DNA from: Dehalococcoidia bacterium
GTDB lineage: Bacteria; Chloroflexota; Dehalococcoidia; Lucifugimonadales; UBA3495
Reading direction: 5' to 3'
Length of the DNA stretch: 64,000 bases
Assembly (NCBI GenBank): GCA_963692995.1
Contig: OY843611.1
Coordinates: 716,279-780,278, forward strand
Part shown: positions 1 to 9,270 of the stretch, one piece after another
Layout: the number at the start of each line of letters is the position of its first letter
How positions within the stretch are numbered: position 1 is the first letter of the stretch
Position numbers and translations under genes: made by a program
Notes under the pieces: model-generated
Database searches by the model: none
What the model saw: the letters and a program-made list of their open reading frames with translations, nothing else
What the model was told of the DNA's origin: nothing

Positions 1-1
1 C

Positions 2-613
2 GATTTCTACCAGTTCTCGCTGATGACGCCGTTCTTCAGCCCCGGTCCCAGCGAATATCCGCATCCGGAGGTGTTCACCGCCGCCGTTAACGGGTACAAC
101 TGCCTGGTGGCCGGGGAATGCAGCGACGGATTGGCGCTGCACAGCCTGGTGTCGCCGGAGTACGTGCGACAGGTGGTGTTGCCCAACGTCTCCGAGGGCG
201 CGCGTCGCGCCGGTCGCAGCGTTGACGACGTTGCCATAGTCGGCAACGGTTTCATCGTAACCGGCCCCAACCGGGCCGCCATCCGGGAGGCCGCCGAGGA
301 GACGCGGAAGCGCATCGCCTTCTACTCGTCCACCCGCACCTACTTCCCGGTGCTGGAGTGCCACGGCTTCGAGGACATCGGGCGACAGTTGCACGCGCTT
401 TCCCGGGAAGGCCGCTGGGACGATATGACCGCCCTTGTGCCGGACGAAATGTTGAATGCCCTGTCCATCATTGGGGAGTATGACGAGATCCCCGGCCTGT
501 TCAAGGAACGCTACGGCGACCTGGTTGACGAGATGCACTTCACCATCCAGACTGCTGGCGATGCCGAGGAAGCCCAGCTACGCCGCATCGTGCGGGAGTT
601 GCAGGAGCAGTGA
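2..613 (+). CDS. LLM-class (probably F420-dependent) oxidoreductase, 5' end outside window
   Basis: Open frame from the window edge. PFFSPGP, AGECSDGLALH, RIAFYSSTRTY and GRWDDM motifs resemble TIGR03617-type LLM proteins. Confidence 0.8.
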   Translation, partial: DFYQFSLMTPFFSPGPSEYPHPEVFTAAVNGYNCLVAGECSDGLALHSLVSPEYVRQVVLPNVSEGARRAGRSVDDVAIVGNGFIVTGPNRAAIREAAEETRKRIAFYSSTRTYFPVLECHGFEDIGRQLHALSREGRWDDMTALVPDEMLNALSIIGEYDEIPGLFKERYGDLVDEMHFTIQTAGDAEEAQLRRIVRELQEQ

Positions 614-689
614 GGAGAACATCGCCCGTCTCCGTCAGCGCCAGGACGCTTTGCGCCAGCGTGTGGGATTAGCGAACGCTCCGGGCCAT

Positions 690-728
690 CGTTCGTGACT
701 CCATAACCTAAACTCGGAGTCATAAACG
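690..728. terminator. Imperfect inverted repeat between convergent genes, possible bidirectional terminator
   Basis: cgtt-cg-tgactcc ... ggagtca-ta-aacg with a 13-nt loop. No clear U-tract. Confidence 0.3.
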
Positions 729-765
729 ACCGTTATACCGGGGGATCGTGTGGCATCATTAAGGG

Positions 766-1575
766 CTATTCCAGTTGTGGCGTGGTATCTTCCAGTTCGT
801 ACCAATAGACTTGCCCGCTGTCGATGAGCTGCTGGACTTCGTTCACGTTGCGGATGCTGGCGATGGCGGCGTGGGCCGGATGACTGGTGAACCGGGCCAG
901 GTAATCAGCGTTACGCAAGGCGCGGTAGGTATCGCGCTCGTCGGCAGTATAGGAAATTTCCAGGGCGATATAGTGAGTAGCGCCAGCCGCATCAGCGGCT
1001 TCGATAACCAGGTCGGCAAGACGAAAGCTGCGCAGGTCTCCGTTGGCAAGGTCGGCAGTGTCAGTGCTGGTGACCAGCGCCAGCAATTCACTGAGACTAA
1101 TCGTTCTGACGAACTTGAAGCCCATGTCGTAGGCTATGCCCTCGGCATCCCGGACGGTTTTGCTGATTGAGTATTCGTTTTTCATATTGGAAAGATCACC
1201 CTCTAATCTTCCAAACCTGCCATCAGTTCTGTTCACGAAACTGTCAATCCGCGCGTTGAACTGCCGCTGCTCGGCGATGAACTGCTCGGTGCTTGCGACG
1301 AACTGCTCGGTGCTTGCGACGAACTGCTCGGTGCTTGCGACGAACTGCCGCTGCTCGGCGTTGAACTGCCGCTGCTCTTCGATGAACTGCTCGGTGCTTG
1401 CGATGAACTGCTCGGTGCTTGCGATGAACTGCTCGGTGCTTGCGACGAACCGATCGAACCGCGCTGGCAGGTTCATCAGATCCTCAGTCAGGATTTCCCG
1501 CCGCACTGCTTCTTTCCATTCTGGTCTCTCTCGCAGTACGCGCAGTAGGTCGTCTGGTGTACTAATGGTCACCAT
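766..1575 (-). CDS. Coiled-coil heptad-repeat protein with a C-terminal PD-(D/E)XK-like domain
   Basis: N-terminal LLRVLRERPEW helix, about 9-11 F-led heptads, then ADLVIEA...YIALEISYT resembling a restriction-endonuclease-like fold. Confidence 0.6.
   Translation of the reverse strand: MVTISTPDDLLRVLRERPEWKEAVRREILTEDLMNLPARFDRFVASTEQFIASTEQFIASTEQFIEEQRQFNAEQRQFVASTEQFVASTEQFVASTEQFIAEQRQFNARIDSFVNRTDGRFGRLEGDLSNMKNEYSISKTVRDAEGIAYDMGFKFVRTISLSELLALVTSTDTADLANGDLRSFRLADLVIEAADAAGATHYIALEISYTADERDTYRALRNADYLARFTSHPAHAAIASIRNVNEVQQLIDSGQVYWYELEDTTPQLE
1258..1449. repeat. Intragenic 21-bp tandem repeat (9 units, two variants) encoding FxASTEQ / FxxEQRQ heptads
   Basis: Repeated gaactgctcggtgcttgcga(c/t) and gaactgccgctgctc units read directly. 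Confidence 0.95.
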
Positions 1576-1619
1576 GAAAAATCTCCCAACGATACAATTA
1601 TACGCCCGACGGTTTAGGC

Positions 1620-2432
1620 TTACCTATTCAGCAGCCACCACTCGTCGCTGCCCAGGTTGAACTCGATGCGGCGGAAACCCTCCGCGTAGGGGACGCCGCA
1701 GCGTTCGCCCTGCTGGCGGCAGCCTTCGGTCATCCGGTCCAGGCGTTGGGACCTGGTGCGCGCGCTGATCTGAGATGCGTGCTTGCTGAGAGCCTCGGCT
1801 TTTTGGAGAATGTGCTTTTCGGTGATGGAGACGAAGGTGTCGGGGCGCTCGGATCCCCAGAGCAAAGCCTCCCGGACCTTATGGGGTTCCAGACCTTCCT
1901 CTTTGATTTGCTCCGGGAAGTCCAGCCAACTCCAGGCGTAGGAAAAGGCGGCATCCAGCGCGGCCTGTCCGCTGTGGCGGTGGTCCCGGTGGGTGTGTGA
2001 GGTGACGCGGTAGGGGTCGATGCCAAAGATAACCTCCGGCTTGTGCCGGCGGATCTCCCGGACTACTTGCCCGCGGTATTCGTGGGTGTCTTCCAGTTCG
2101 CCGTCGCCGTAGCCCAGGAAAACCACCTCGGCCACGCCGAGCACGTTGGCGGCGTTCCGCTGCTCGGTCTCGCGGGTGGCCGCCAGGGCTTCCGGAGTCA
2201 ATGAACGATCGCCAGTGCCCTTATTGCCGTTGGTGCACATCAGAATGACCACCTTGGCGCCCGAGTCGGCTATCCACTTGGCCATGGTGGCTCCGCATCC
2301 GCCCTCGGCGTCGTCGGGATGCGGCGTGACCACCAGGGCGCTGCGGGGAGCCTCCGTTATCACGCGAGGGACCGGCGCGTATTCCTGATTGGGATGCCCC
2401 CATCCGTCGATGCCGTGCGGTCTGCTGGTCAT
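1620..2432 (-). CDS. PIG-L/LmbE family deacetylase
   Basis: PHPDD metal motif, TNG, HRDH motif, H-x-SQ and AEGF at the C-terminus. Confidence 0.9.
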   Translation of the reverse strand: MTSRPHGIDGWGHPNQEYAPVPRVITEAPRSALVVTPHPDDAEGGCGATMAKWIADSGAKVVILMCTNGNKGTGDRSLTPEALAATRETEQRNAANVLGVAEVVFLGYGDGELEDTHEYRGQVVREIRRHKPEVIFGIDPYRVTSHTHRDHRHSGQAALDAAFSYAWSWLDFPEQIKEEGLEPHKVREALLWGSERPDTFVSITEKHILQKAEALSKHASQISARTRSQRLDRMTEGCRQQGERCGVPYAEGFRRIEFNLGSDEWWLLNR

Positions 2433-2474
2433 GTTGATACCCCGTTATGCAGTTGGTGTCCGTTACGCGATGGT

Positions 2475-2503
2475 GTAAGGGCGGGTTTCAAACCCGCCCT
2501 TAC
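2475..2503. repeat. GTAG-type REP-like palindrome (gtaagggcgggttt-c-aaacccgcccttac)
   Basis: Perfect 14-bp arms. The core recurs at 57772-57792. Confidence 0.85.
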
Positions 2504-2527
2504 GGGGATTCCCGCGGCAGGGTTAAA

Positions 2528-3946
2528 CTAACCGCCCAGGTGGAACACCACGGTCTTGAGCTCGGTCATTTCGCCGATAGCGTAGGCGGGGCCTTCCTTG
2601 CCCATGCCGCTGTCTTTGAGGCCGCCGTAGGGCATCAGGTCGGCGCGCCATTGGGGCGACGAGTTGATGTGCAAGTTGCCCGAGTGAACTTCCAGCGCGA
2701 AGCGCATGGCCCAGTCCACGTTCTGCGTGAAGATGCCGGCGGAAAGGCCAAACCGGGTATCGTTGGCCTTGGCGATGGCGTCGTCGATGTCGTCGAAGGC
2801 GCTGACCGCAACGGCCGGGCCGAAGAGTTCCTCGCGGGAAATCAGCATCTCCGGGCGGGCGTCGGCGATCACGGTGGCGGTGTGCAGGGTGCCCTGCCGG
2901 TCGCCGCCGGCGATTACGCGGGCGCCCTGTCCCACGGCCTCGGCGATCCAGGTCTCGACGCGCTCGGCGTCGGTGGAGCGGATCATCGGCCCCATCTTCA
3001 CGTCCTCGTCGAAGGGGTTGCCGACGCTGAACTCCTGGGTCGGCTTGACCAGCGCGTCCAGCAGGTCGGCATAGATGGTTCGGGCGGCGAAGACGCGCTG
3101 GGTGGAGATGCAGACCTGCCCGGCGTTGGAGAAGCTACTGGACACGGTGGCGGCGGCCACCTTCTCGATGTCGGCGTCGGACATGATGATGAGCGGGCTG
3201 TTGGACCCCAACTCCATGGTCACCTTCTTGATGCCAGCGTTGCGGCAGATGCGCTCGCCCACTTCCATGCTGCCGGTGAAGGTGATCTTGCGGACGTGGG
3301 GCGACCCGGTGATGGCATCGCCGATTTCCCCTCCGGAGCCGGTGATGGTCTGGATCGCTTCTTCCGGCAAACCGGCTTCCAGCAGGATCTCGGTTAGTTT
3401 CAGAGCGGACAGTGGAGTGTCCCCGGCCGGCTTGAGAATAACGGCGTTGCCGGCGGCCAGAGCGGGGCCAACCTTGTGGCACACCAGGTTGAGGGGGAAG
3501 TTGAAAGGCGCGATGGCGGCGACGACGCCCACGGGCACGCGCACGGTGAACCCGAACTGGCTCACCACGCCGGGCGCAGCGTCCAGCGGGACCGTCTCGC
3601 CGTGCAGCCGCTTGGCCTCCTCGGCCGACAGCGTGATGGTCTGGATGGCCCGTTGCACTTCGGTGCGACCCTCGGCGATGACCTTGCCCTCTTCGCGGGT
3701 GATGGTCTCGGCCAGGTCGTCGGCGCGTTCGTCCAGCAGGTCGGCGGCGCGCTTCAAAATGGTGTAGCGGCGATGGGCCGGCAACCGGCCCATTATGGCT
3801 GCGCCGCGGACGGCGCTGTCGATGGCTGCCGCAACGTCGGCTGCCGAGCCGCGCGGCACGGTGTCAAAAGCAGTCTGGTCAAAGGGGTTAATGACGGGCA
3901 TCTTGGCATCGCGGTCAACCCACTCACCGCAGATGTACATTCGCAT
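2528..3946 (-). CDS. Aldehyde dehydrogenase family protein
   Basis: PFNFP, FTGS, MELGSN (catalytic Glu), NAGQVC (catalytic Cys), EELFGP and GGLKDSG motifs. Start chosen at the ATG after an AAGGAG RBS. Confidence 0.95.
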   Translation of the reverse strand: MRMYICGEWVDRDAKMPVINPFDQTAFDTVPRGSAADVAAAIDSAVRGAAIMGRLPAHRRYTILKRAADLLDERADDLAETITREEGKVIAEGRTEVQRAIQTITLSAEEAKRLHGETVPLDAAPGVVSQFGFTVRVPVGVVAAIAPFNFPLNLVCHKVGPALAAGNAVILKPAGDTPLSALKLTEILLEAGLPEEAIQTITGSGGEIGDAITGSPHVRKITFTGSMEVGERICRNAGIKKVTMELGSNSPLIIMSDADIEKVAAATVSSSFSNAGQVCISTQRVFAARTIYADLLDALVKPTQEFSVGNPFDEDVKMGPMIRSTDAERVETWIAEAVGQGARVIAGGDRQGTLHTATVIADARPEMLISREELFGPAVAVSAFDDIDDAIAKANDTRFGLSAGIFTQNVDWAMRFALEVHSGNLHINSSPQWRADLMPYGGLKDSGMGKEGPAYAIGEMTELKTVVFHLGG

Positions 3947-4052
3947 GGCTGGATCTCCTTGTGTAGGTTCCGAGCTGCCCGAAAGGCAACGGGACGCCGG
4001 TTTGGGGTGTCGTGGCGAAGATTGTACTACGGTTGCAGAGTATAGAGAGTAT

Positions 4053-4835
4053 TCAGTCCGGCGAGTTGCCGTCGGAGTGAGCGGGCGCGCTGGCAGCGGA
4101 AGGCGCGTTTTTACCGAGGACAATGTTCCGGCCGGTGTCGGTAACCTTATAGTGCCCGGGTCGGCCGGGTATGCGTTCCAGCCACCGGAACTTGGTGCGG
4201 GCAGCGTTGCGCAGGGTCTGGACGAAGCTGTGGGGTATCGGCCAACCGATCAATGTGAACAGGCGCTCGAGCTCGTCGGGGTCAACGCTGACGATGTTGA
4301 GGTAACGGTGCGCGGCCTCCGCAGCCACCACGACCCTACGCATGTCGCCCAGCGGATTGACCCTTTGGCAAAAAGCCATGAACTCCAGCTCATCCGGTGT
4401 CGTACTCGCCATCGGCATTGTACCGGCCATCGGCGTCGTACCGGCCATCGGCGTTGTACCGGCCATCGGGCTGAGACCGTTGGTTGCTCGGTTCGCCGTT
4501 TCGGCTGGAGGCGGCTCGACCGGAGGCGGCGCAACCGGAGGCGCGGCGCCGCGCGGCATGATGGCGGGCGGCTTGACATCGGTTTGCGGAACGGCTGGCC
4601 TGGGTTCCGGCGTCGTTTCTGCGGGCCTTTCGTGAGCAACGCCGTTTTCCGGGCGGTGCCCGTTGGCCGAGACCGGCGGCTCGGATGTAGCGGTCAGCGC
4701 CGGCGGGGGAGTCTCGCCGTTGGAGCCGATCAACTGGGGCATGAAGGAATACAGCACCTCCCGCACCAACTCCCGGTCATCGGATTCAATGGAAACCTGG
4801 GCGCCCAGTGGCAATGTTATGCTGAGCTTATTCAT
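4053..4835 (-). CDS. Hypothetical protein with a Pro-rich linker, MAGTTP repeats and a possible C-terminal winged helix
   Basis: Long ORF directly downstream of uvrC. C-terminal QTLRNAAR...GHYKVTDTGR looks wHTH-like. 18-bp tandem repeat near 4400-4470. Confidence 0.6.
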   Translation of the reverse strand: MNKLSITLPLGAQVSIESDDRELVREVLYSFMPQLIGSNGETPPPALTATSEPPVSANGHRPENGVAHERPAETTPEPRPAVPQTDVKPPAIMPRGAAPPVAPPPVEPPPAETANRATNGLSPMAGTTPMAGTTPMAGTMPMASTTPDELEFMAFCQRVNPLGDMRRVVVAAEAAHRYLNIVSVDPDELERLFTLIGWPIPHSFVQTLRNAARTKFRWLERIPGRPGHYKVTDTGRNIVLGKNAPSAASAPAHSDGNSPD

Positions 4836-4958
4836 GCTGCGTCTTCCAATGTTATGTTGCGCGCCCTGCCGCAATAGCAGAGGGTCGGTCTGGCGATTCA
4901 TTCCGGCTCACCTGGGGCCGACACTCACCTGCCACCGACACTCATTGCGCCGGTCAAT

Positions 4959-6815
4959 CTAAATCGTTTGCTTCAATCGCATCGCCAGGGAGCGGGTCAG
5001 GCCGGGCACGGCGGCAATATCCTCAACGCTGGCTTCCTTGATTCCTTGCAGCGATCCAAACTGGCGCAGCAGCATCCGTTTGCGTTTCGGTCCGATGCCG
5101 GTCACCATGTCGATGGGCGACTTCAGGCTGCTCTTGGAGCGCAGGTTGCGGTGGAAGCTGATGGCGAAGCGGTGCGCCTCGTCCCTAATCCGTTGCATCA
5201 GATAGAGAGCCTGGGAATCCCGGGGCAGCATAATGGGTTCCGGCGCGTGGGGAACGAAAATTTCCTCGTTCTCCTTGGCCAGGGAGCATAAGGGTATCTG
5301 CTCCAGGCCCAGGTACAGCATCACCTCCCGCGCCGCCGAGAGATGCCCCTTGCCGCCGTCGATGATCACCAGGTCGGGCATGATGCCCCAAGCGTCCACC
5401 TTGCCGTCGGGGTCGGGGCTGGCGATGGCCTGGCTGAGCCGCTTGAACCGGCGGGTGAGCATTTCTTTCATGCTGGCGTAGTCGTCAACGCCGTCCACCG
5501 CCTTGATCTTGAAACGGCGATAGTCCCGGGTGCGGGGCTTGCCGTCGTCAAAGATCACCATGCTCCCCACCAGGTTGCTGCCCTGGATGTGGGATATGTC
5601 ATAACATTCCATGCGGCGGGGCGCGGCCGGCAGGCTCAGCTCCTCTTCCAGCTCAGCAAGCGCTCCCTGGATGGCATCGGAGCGATGCAGCCACTTTACC
5701 CGATGCTGGGCCAGGCCCTCGGTGGCATTGTCGGCCACTACCTGCATGAGCTTGCGGTTCTCGCCGCGCTGGGGCCGGTAGATGCGTGCAGCGCCGCCGC
5801 GTTTGTTCCTTAGGAACTGTTGCAAGACAGCAACGTCCTCGGCGGGCGGGTCGTGCTGCACCAGCACCAGGGGAGGCACTTCCAGGGCGGTGGCGTAGAA
5901 CTGCTGCACGAATTGGGCGATGATCTGCCCCGGCTCGTCGTCCTGCGGCCCTTCCATGAAGAAGTGGTCGCGACCGATGAGCTTGCCCCGTCGCACGAAG
6001 AAAACCTCCACCCAGGTCTCGTTAGCTGCGACCGATATGGCAATGGCGTCCAGGTCCGTTGGCCGGCCCGAATCGACCTTGACGGTGCGCTCCTCCTCGA
6101 ACTTATGAATGGCCGCCATCTGGTCGCGCAGGGCGGCGGCGCGCTCGAATTCCAGCTCCTGCGACGCTTCTTCCATCTTGTTCCGCAACTGCCCGGTTAC
6201 GGTTTCGGTGTTTCCCTCCAGGAACAGGATGACCTGCTTGATCACTTCCTCATATTCAGCTCGATCAGCCAGGCCGGCGCAGGGGCCCACGCAGCGGTGG
6301 ATGTAGTATTCCAGGCAGGGCCGAGGGTCGGTTCCGGTGATCCGCTTGGTGCACGAGCGGTAGGGAAACAGCTTCTTCACTAAGTCCATGGACTGGCGAA
6401 CGCTGCCGGCGCTGGCGAAAGGCCCGAAATAACGAGCTCCGTCGTCATGCGCTCCCCGCGTGATGTACACCCGCGGGAACTCTTCGGACAGATCAACTTT
6501 CAGGTACGGGTAGCTCTTGTCATCCTTGAGGCGGATGTTGAAGTGAGGGCGATGGCGCTTGATCAGCGTGTTTTCCAGGATCAGGGCCTCGGCCTCGGTA
6601 TCGGTGACGATGTACTCAAAGTCAGCCAGCTCGCTGACCATGCGGCGTGTCTTGCGATCCAGCCCGGCTGGCGCGCCGAAATAGGAACGAAGCCGGTTGC
6701 GGAGCACCGCCGCTTTGCCGACGTAGATTACCGCGCCGCCGGCGTTCTTCATCAGATAGACGCCGGGACGCTCGGGAGCCACCAGCAGGCGATGGTTAAA
6801 CTCGTGCCGCGCCAT
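4959..6815 (-). CDS. uvrC: Excinuclease ABC subunit C
   Basis: GIY-YIG N-terminus (PGVYLM...YVGKA), Cys cluster, ECYDISH, IDGGKGH and a C-terminal HhH (GIGPKRK). Confidence 0.98.
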   Translation of the reverse strand: MARHEFNHRLLVAPERPGVYLMKNAGGAVIYVGKAAVLRNRLRSYFGAPAGLDRKTRRMVSELADFEYIVTDTEAEALILENTLIKRHRPHFNIRLKDDKSYPYLKVDLSEEFPRVYITRGAHDDGARYFGPFASAGSVRQSMDLVKKLFPYRSCTKRITGTDPRPCLEYYIHRCVGPCAGLADRAEYEEVIKQVILFLEGNTETVTGQLRNKMEEASQELEFERAAALRDQMAAIHKFEEERTVKVDSGRPTDLDAIAISVAANETWVEVFFVRRGKLIGRDHFFMEGPQDDEPGQIIAQFVQQFYATALEVPPLVLVQHDPPAEDVAVLQQFLRNKRGGAARIYRPQRGENRKLMQVVADNATEGLAQHRVKWLHRSDAIQGALAELEEELSLPAAPRRMECYDISHIQGSNLVGSMVIFDDGKPRTRDYRRFKIKAVDGVDDYASMKEMLTRRFKRLSQAIASPDPDGKVDAWGIMPDLVIIDGGKGHLSAAREVMLYLGLEQIPLCSLAKENEEIFVPHAPEPIMLPRDSQALYLMQRIRDEAHRFAISFHRNLRSKSSLKSPIDMVTGIGPKRKRMLLRQFGSLQGIKEASVEDIAAVPGLTRSLAMRLKQTI

Positions 6816-6848
6816 TACCGCCTCTTGCCCGGCCCCCTACGGGTCGGT

Positions 6849-7187
6849 CTATAGCACAAAAGAGACGGCGATCAGGGCAACCAGCAGGATACCGGAAAAG
6901 ATGCCGATGCGTCGCAGCTCCGATCCGACGTGATTGTAGGCTGCCGGGCGCTGCAACCGCCGTCCCTGGGGTTGTCTGATTGGTTGGGCGCGCGGGGCAG
7001 CAGCTGTTGTCAGCTCCGCCGCCGCGGTTGTCGCCGGGGCTCCGGGGACGGCATCGGTGGCCGGGGCATCATCGACCGCCACCGCCGACGCCCCGTTGGT
7101 CCGGGGCGACGTACTGCGGTTCGCGTTGCCGCGCCGGCGACGCAGGTTGCTCTGGCGGGAAGCCACTCGTTTGCCTTTGCTAGGCAT
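6849..7187 (-). CDS. Small basic protein with a C-terminal transmembrane helix
   Basis: GGAGG RBS upstream. Ends ELRRIGIFSGILLVALIAVSFVL. Confidence 0.7.
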   Translation of the reverse strand: MPSKGKRVASRQSNLRRRRGNANRSTSPRTNGASAVAVDDAPATDAVPGAPATTAAAELTTAAAPRAQPIRQPQGRRLQRPAAYNHVGSELRRIGIFSGILLVALIAVSFVL

Positions 7188-7367
7188 AGCCCACCTCCAA
7201 ACGCCGCGGCGACAATCGCGCGCTGTCGGCGTACTGATAAGCCTGTTGTTGTCGGGAACGCCCCGGTAGGGCGGTTCGCTCTCTCCCTTCCATCATACCA
7301 GCAAACGCGCCGGAGTTGACCCTGCATCACCGGCGGGTTTAGGCAACTAGCGGGGATTCCACGGCGG

Positions 7368-8141
7368 CTATTCGGCCAGCAGGTCGTTGAGCCGGGCTTC
7401 GATCAAGTCCACGCCGCGGGCGCCGGCGCTGCGGTAGGCAATGCGGCCCGCTTTGTCCAGAAACACGTAGCTGGGTACGCCCTGTATGCCGTACGCAGAG
7501 GCCAATTGAGCTTGCTCATCGTAAATGTTGGGGAAGGTCAGTTGGTTGCGTTCTACGAAAGCGATAGTGTCGGCTTCCGTGGTCCTGAACTGGGACACGC
7601 CGATGACGTTGATGCCGGCAGCCTCGAACTTCTCGCGGTACCGCTCTGCTACAACGGGCAACTCCCGTTGACAGTGTGGTCACCAGGGCGCCCAGAAAGC
7701 GAGCAGGGTCGGGGCGCCCATGGTGTCCGCCAGTAGCAGGTCGGTGCCATCAAGCAGGCTGGCCTGGAAGGGGATGGACGGCTCGCGTTCGCTCGCTTCG
7801 GCTTGTGTCGGCAGAGGGCGTGGGGTGTAGGTGGGCCGAAGGGAGGCAGTCGGCGCCGGAGTATCGGTCGGCGGAGCGGCGTCAGTGAGCGGCTGGGGCG
7901 TGAGCATGGCCGTTGGTGCGGGAGGTTCAGTGGGTTCCGCCGTGGGCAGCAAAAGCTGTATGGTTGCCGGGTAGTCCGGCGTCGCCGCCGGCTCGGCGGG
8001 AGCGGCACAGCCGACCAGAATCACGCCGAGGGCCCAGACCAGAGCGAGCCAGGCGCCGGATGAGGATTCCAATCCTCCCGATCCGGACGGACGGGCCGGG
8101 CCAGCAGGACGGGGGCTGAATGGGTTGCGGGGCCAAATCAT
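7368..8141 (-). CDS. TlpA/ResA-like thioredoxin-fold lipoprotein, predicted selenoprotein (UGA=Sec at 7680-7682)
   Basis: ORFs 7680..8141 and 7368..7661 are in one frame joined by TGA, reading FWAPW-U-PHC-QRELP. Lipobox LVGC, cis-Pro GVPS and a downstream SECIS-like hairpin are present. selB is in the window. Confidence 0.9.
7652..7670 (-). promoter_or_regulatory. Putative bacterial SECIS element
   Basis: On the minus strand CAACGGG-AGUUG-CCCGUUG, starting 9 nt after the UGA. The apical loop is 16 nt from the UGA and carries a GU. Confidence 0.75.
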
Positions 8142-8186
8142 TGCAAAACTACACTAGCATACTTTACAAAAGTACACTAGCATACC
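8141..8186. repeat. 23-bp near-perfect tandem direct repeat in the divergent promoter region between the selenoprotein gene and htpX
   Basis: ttgcaaaactacactagcatact / ttacaaaagtacactagcatacc. Each unit gives TG-C-TAGTGT (extended -10-like) on the minus strand. Confidence 0.8.
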
Positions 8187-8313
8187 TTGCTTGCCGGCGC
8201 ATCGGCAGTCTGTCGGCGCGCCAGGGGCGGTGGCGTCAATTCAGTCGTCTCGGCGCGGGTGGTAAAATGGTGTGAAGACTTGACAACTTACCCAGCCCTC
8301 GGGAGCGACGGCT

Positions 8314-9237
8314 ATGAACACGATAAAGACTTTCTTCCTGCTGATGGCGCTGACCGGGCTATTGCTGCTCATCGGCGCGGCAATCGGTGGTCAGGCCGGC
8401 ATAATCATCGCCGTAGTTATTGCGCTTGCGCTGAATTTCGGGGCCTACTGGTTCAGTGACAAGATCGCCCTCAGTATGGCCCACGCCCGCCAGATCACTC
8501 AGGAAGAGGACCCAGAGCTGTTCAAGTTGGTGGCGGAACAGGCCCAACTGGCCAACATGCCTATGCCCAAAGTGTACGAAATCGACACCGACGCCCCCAA
8601 CGCCTTTGCCACGGGACGTAACCCGCAGAACGCCACCGTCGCCGTTACGGCCGGCATCCGCCGCATCCTGACGCGGGAGGAACTGGCCGGCGTAATGGCC
8701 CACGAAATGGCCCATGTGGGCAACCGCGACACGCTCATCATGGCCATCGTCGCCACCATCGCCGGCGCCATTTCCATGCTGGCGTTCATGGCGCAAATCG
8801 CCGCCATCTTCGGCAGCTTCGGCGGCCACCATGACGAGGATGAGGGTGGCGGCGGCAATATATTCAGCCTGCTCATCATCGCCATCATCATGCCCATAGC
8901 GGCGACTATCATCCGAATGGCCATTTCCCGCGCCCGCGAGTTCCAGGCCGACCAGACCGGGGCGCACAACTGCGGCAACCCGGAGGCCCTGGCCCGCGCG
9001 CTGGAAAAGCTGGAGATTGGCTCGGAAATCCGCCCGATGAAGGTGAACGAGGCCGCCTCGCACTTGTTCATCGTCAACCCGCTCAGCGGGCGGGCCATGG
9101 CCCGGCTGTTCTCCACGCACCCGCCTACTGAGGAACGGGTTCGCCGCCTGCGGGAGATGAACGTCCGCCCCAACTACGGCAGCAGCGACAGCTCCAGCTA
9201 CGATATGACGGGCAGCAACGACCGGCCTAACTTCTAA
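8314..9237 (+). CDS. htpX: Zinc metalloprotease HtpX (M48)
   Basis: PNAFATGR, HEMAH, SRAREFQAD and FSTHPP motifs. Confidence 0.97.
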   Translation: MNTIKTFFLLMALTGLLLLIGAAIGGQAGIIIAVVIALALNFGAYWFSDKIALSMAHARQITQEEDPELFKLVAEQAQLANMPMPKVYEIDTDAPNAFATGRNPQNATVAVTAGIRRILTREELAGVMAHEMAHVGNRDTLIMAIVATIAGAISMLAFMAQIAAIFGSFGGHHDEDEGGGGNIFSLLIIAIIMPIAATIIRMAISRAREFQADQTGAHNCGNPEALARALEKLEIGSEIRPMKVNEAASHLFIVNPLSGRAMARLFSTHPPTEERVRRLREMNVRPNYGSSDSSSYDMTGSNDRPNF

Positions 9238-9270
9238 CGCTTTTTGTCGCTGTGTTGCCGGCAGGCAGCC

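Noticed and set aside
690-740. Integron attC site
   Set aside because: Too short, poor match to the RYYYAAC/GTTRRRY boxes, and no integrase or cassette array.
1258-1449. 21-bp repeats as a CRISPR array or iterons
   Set aside because: They are contiguous without unique spacers and encode in-frame heptads.
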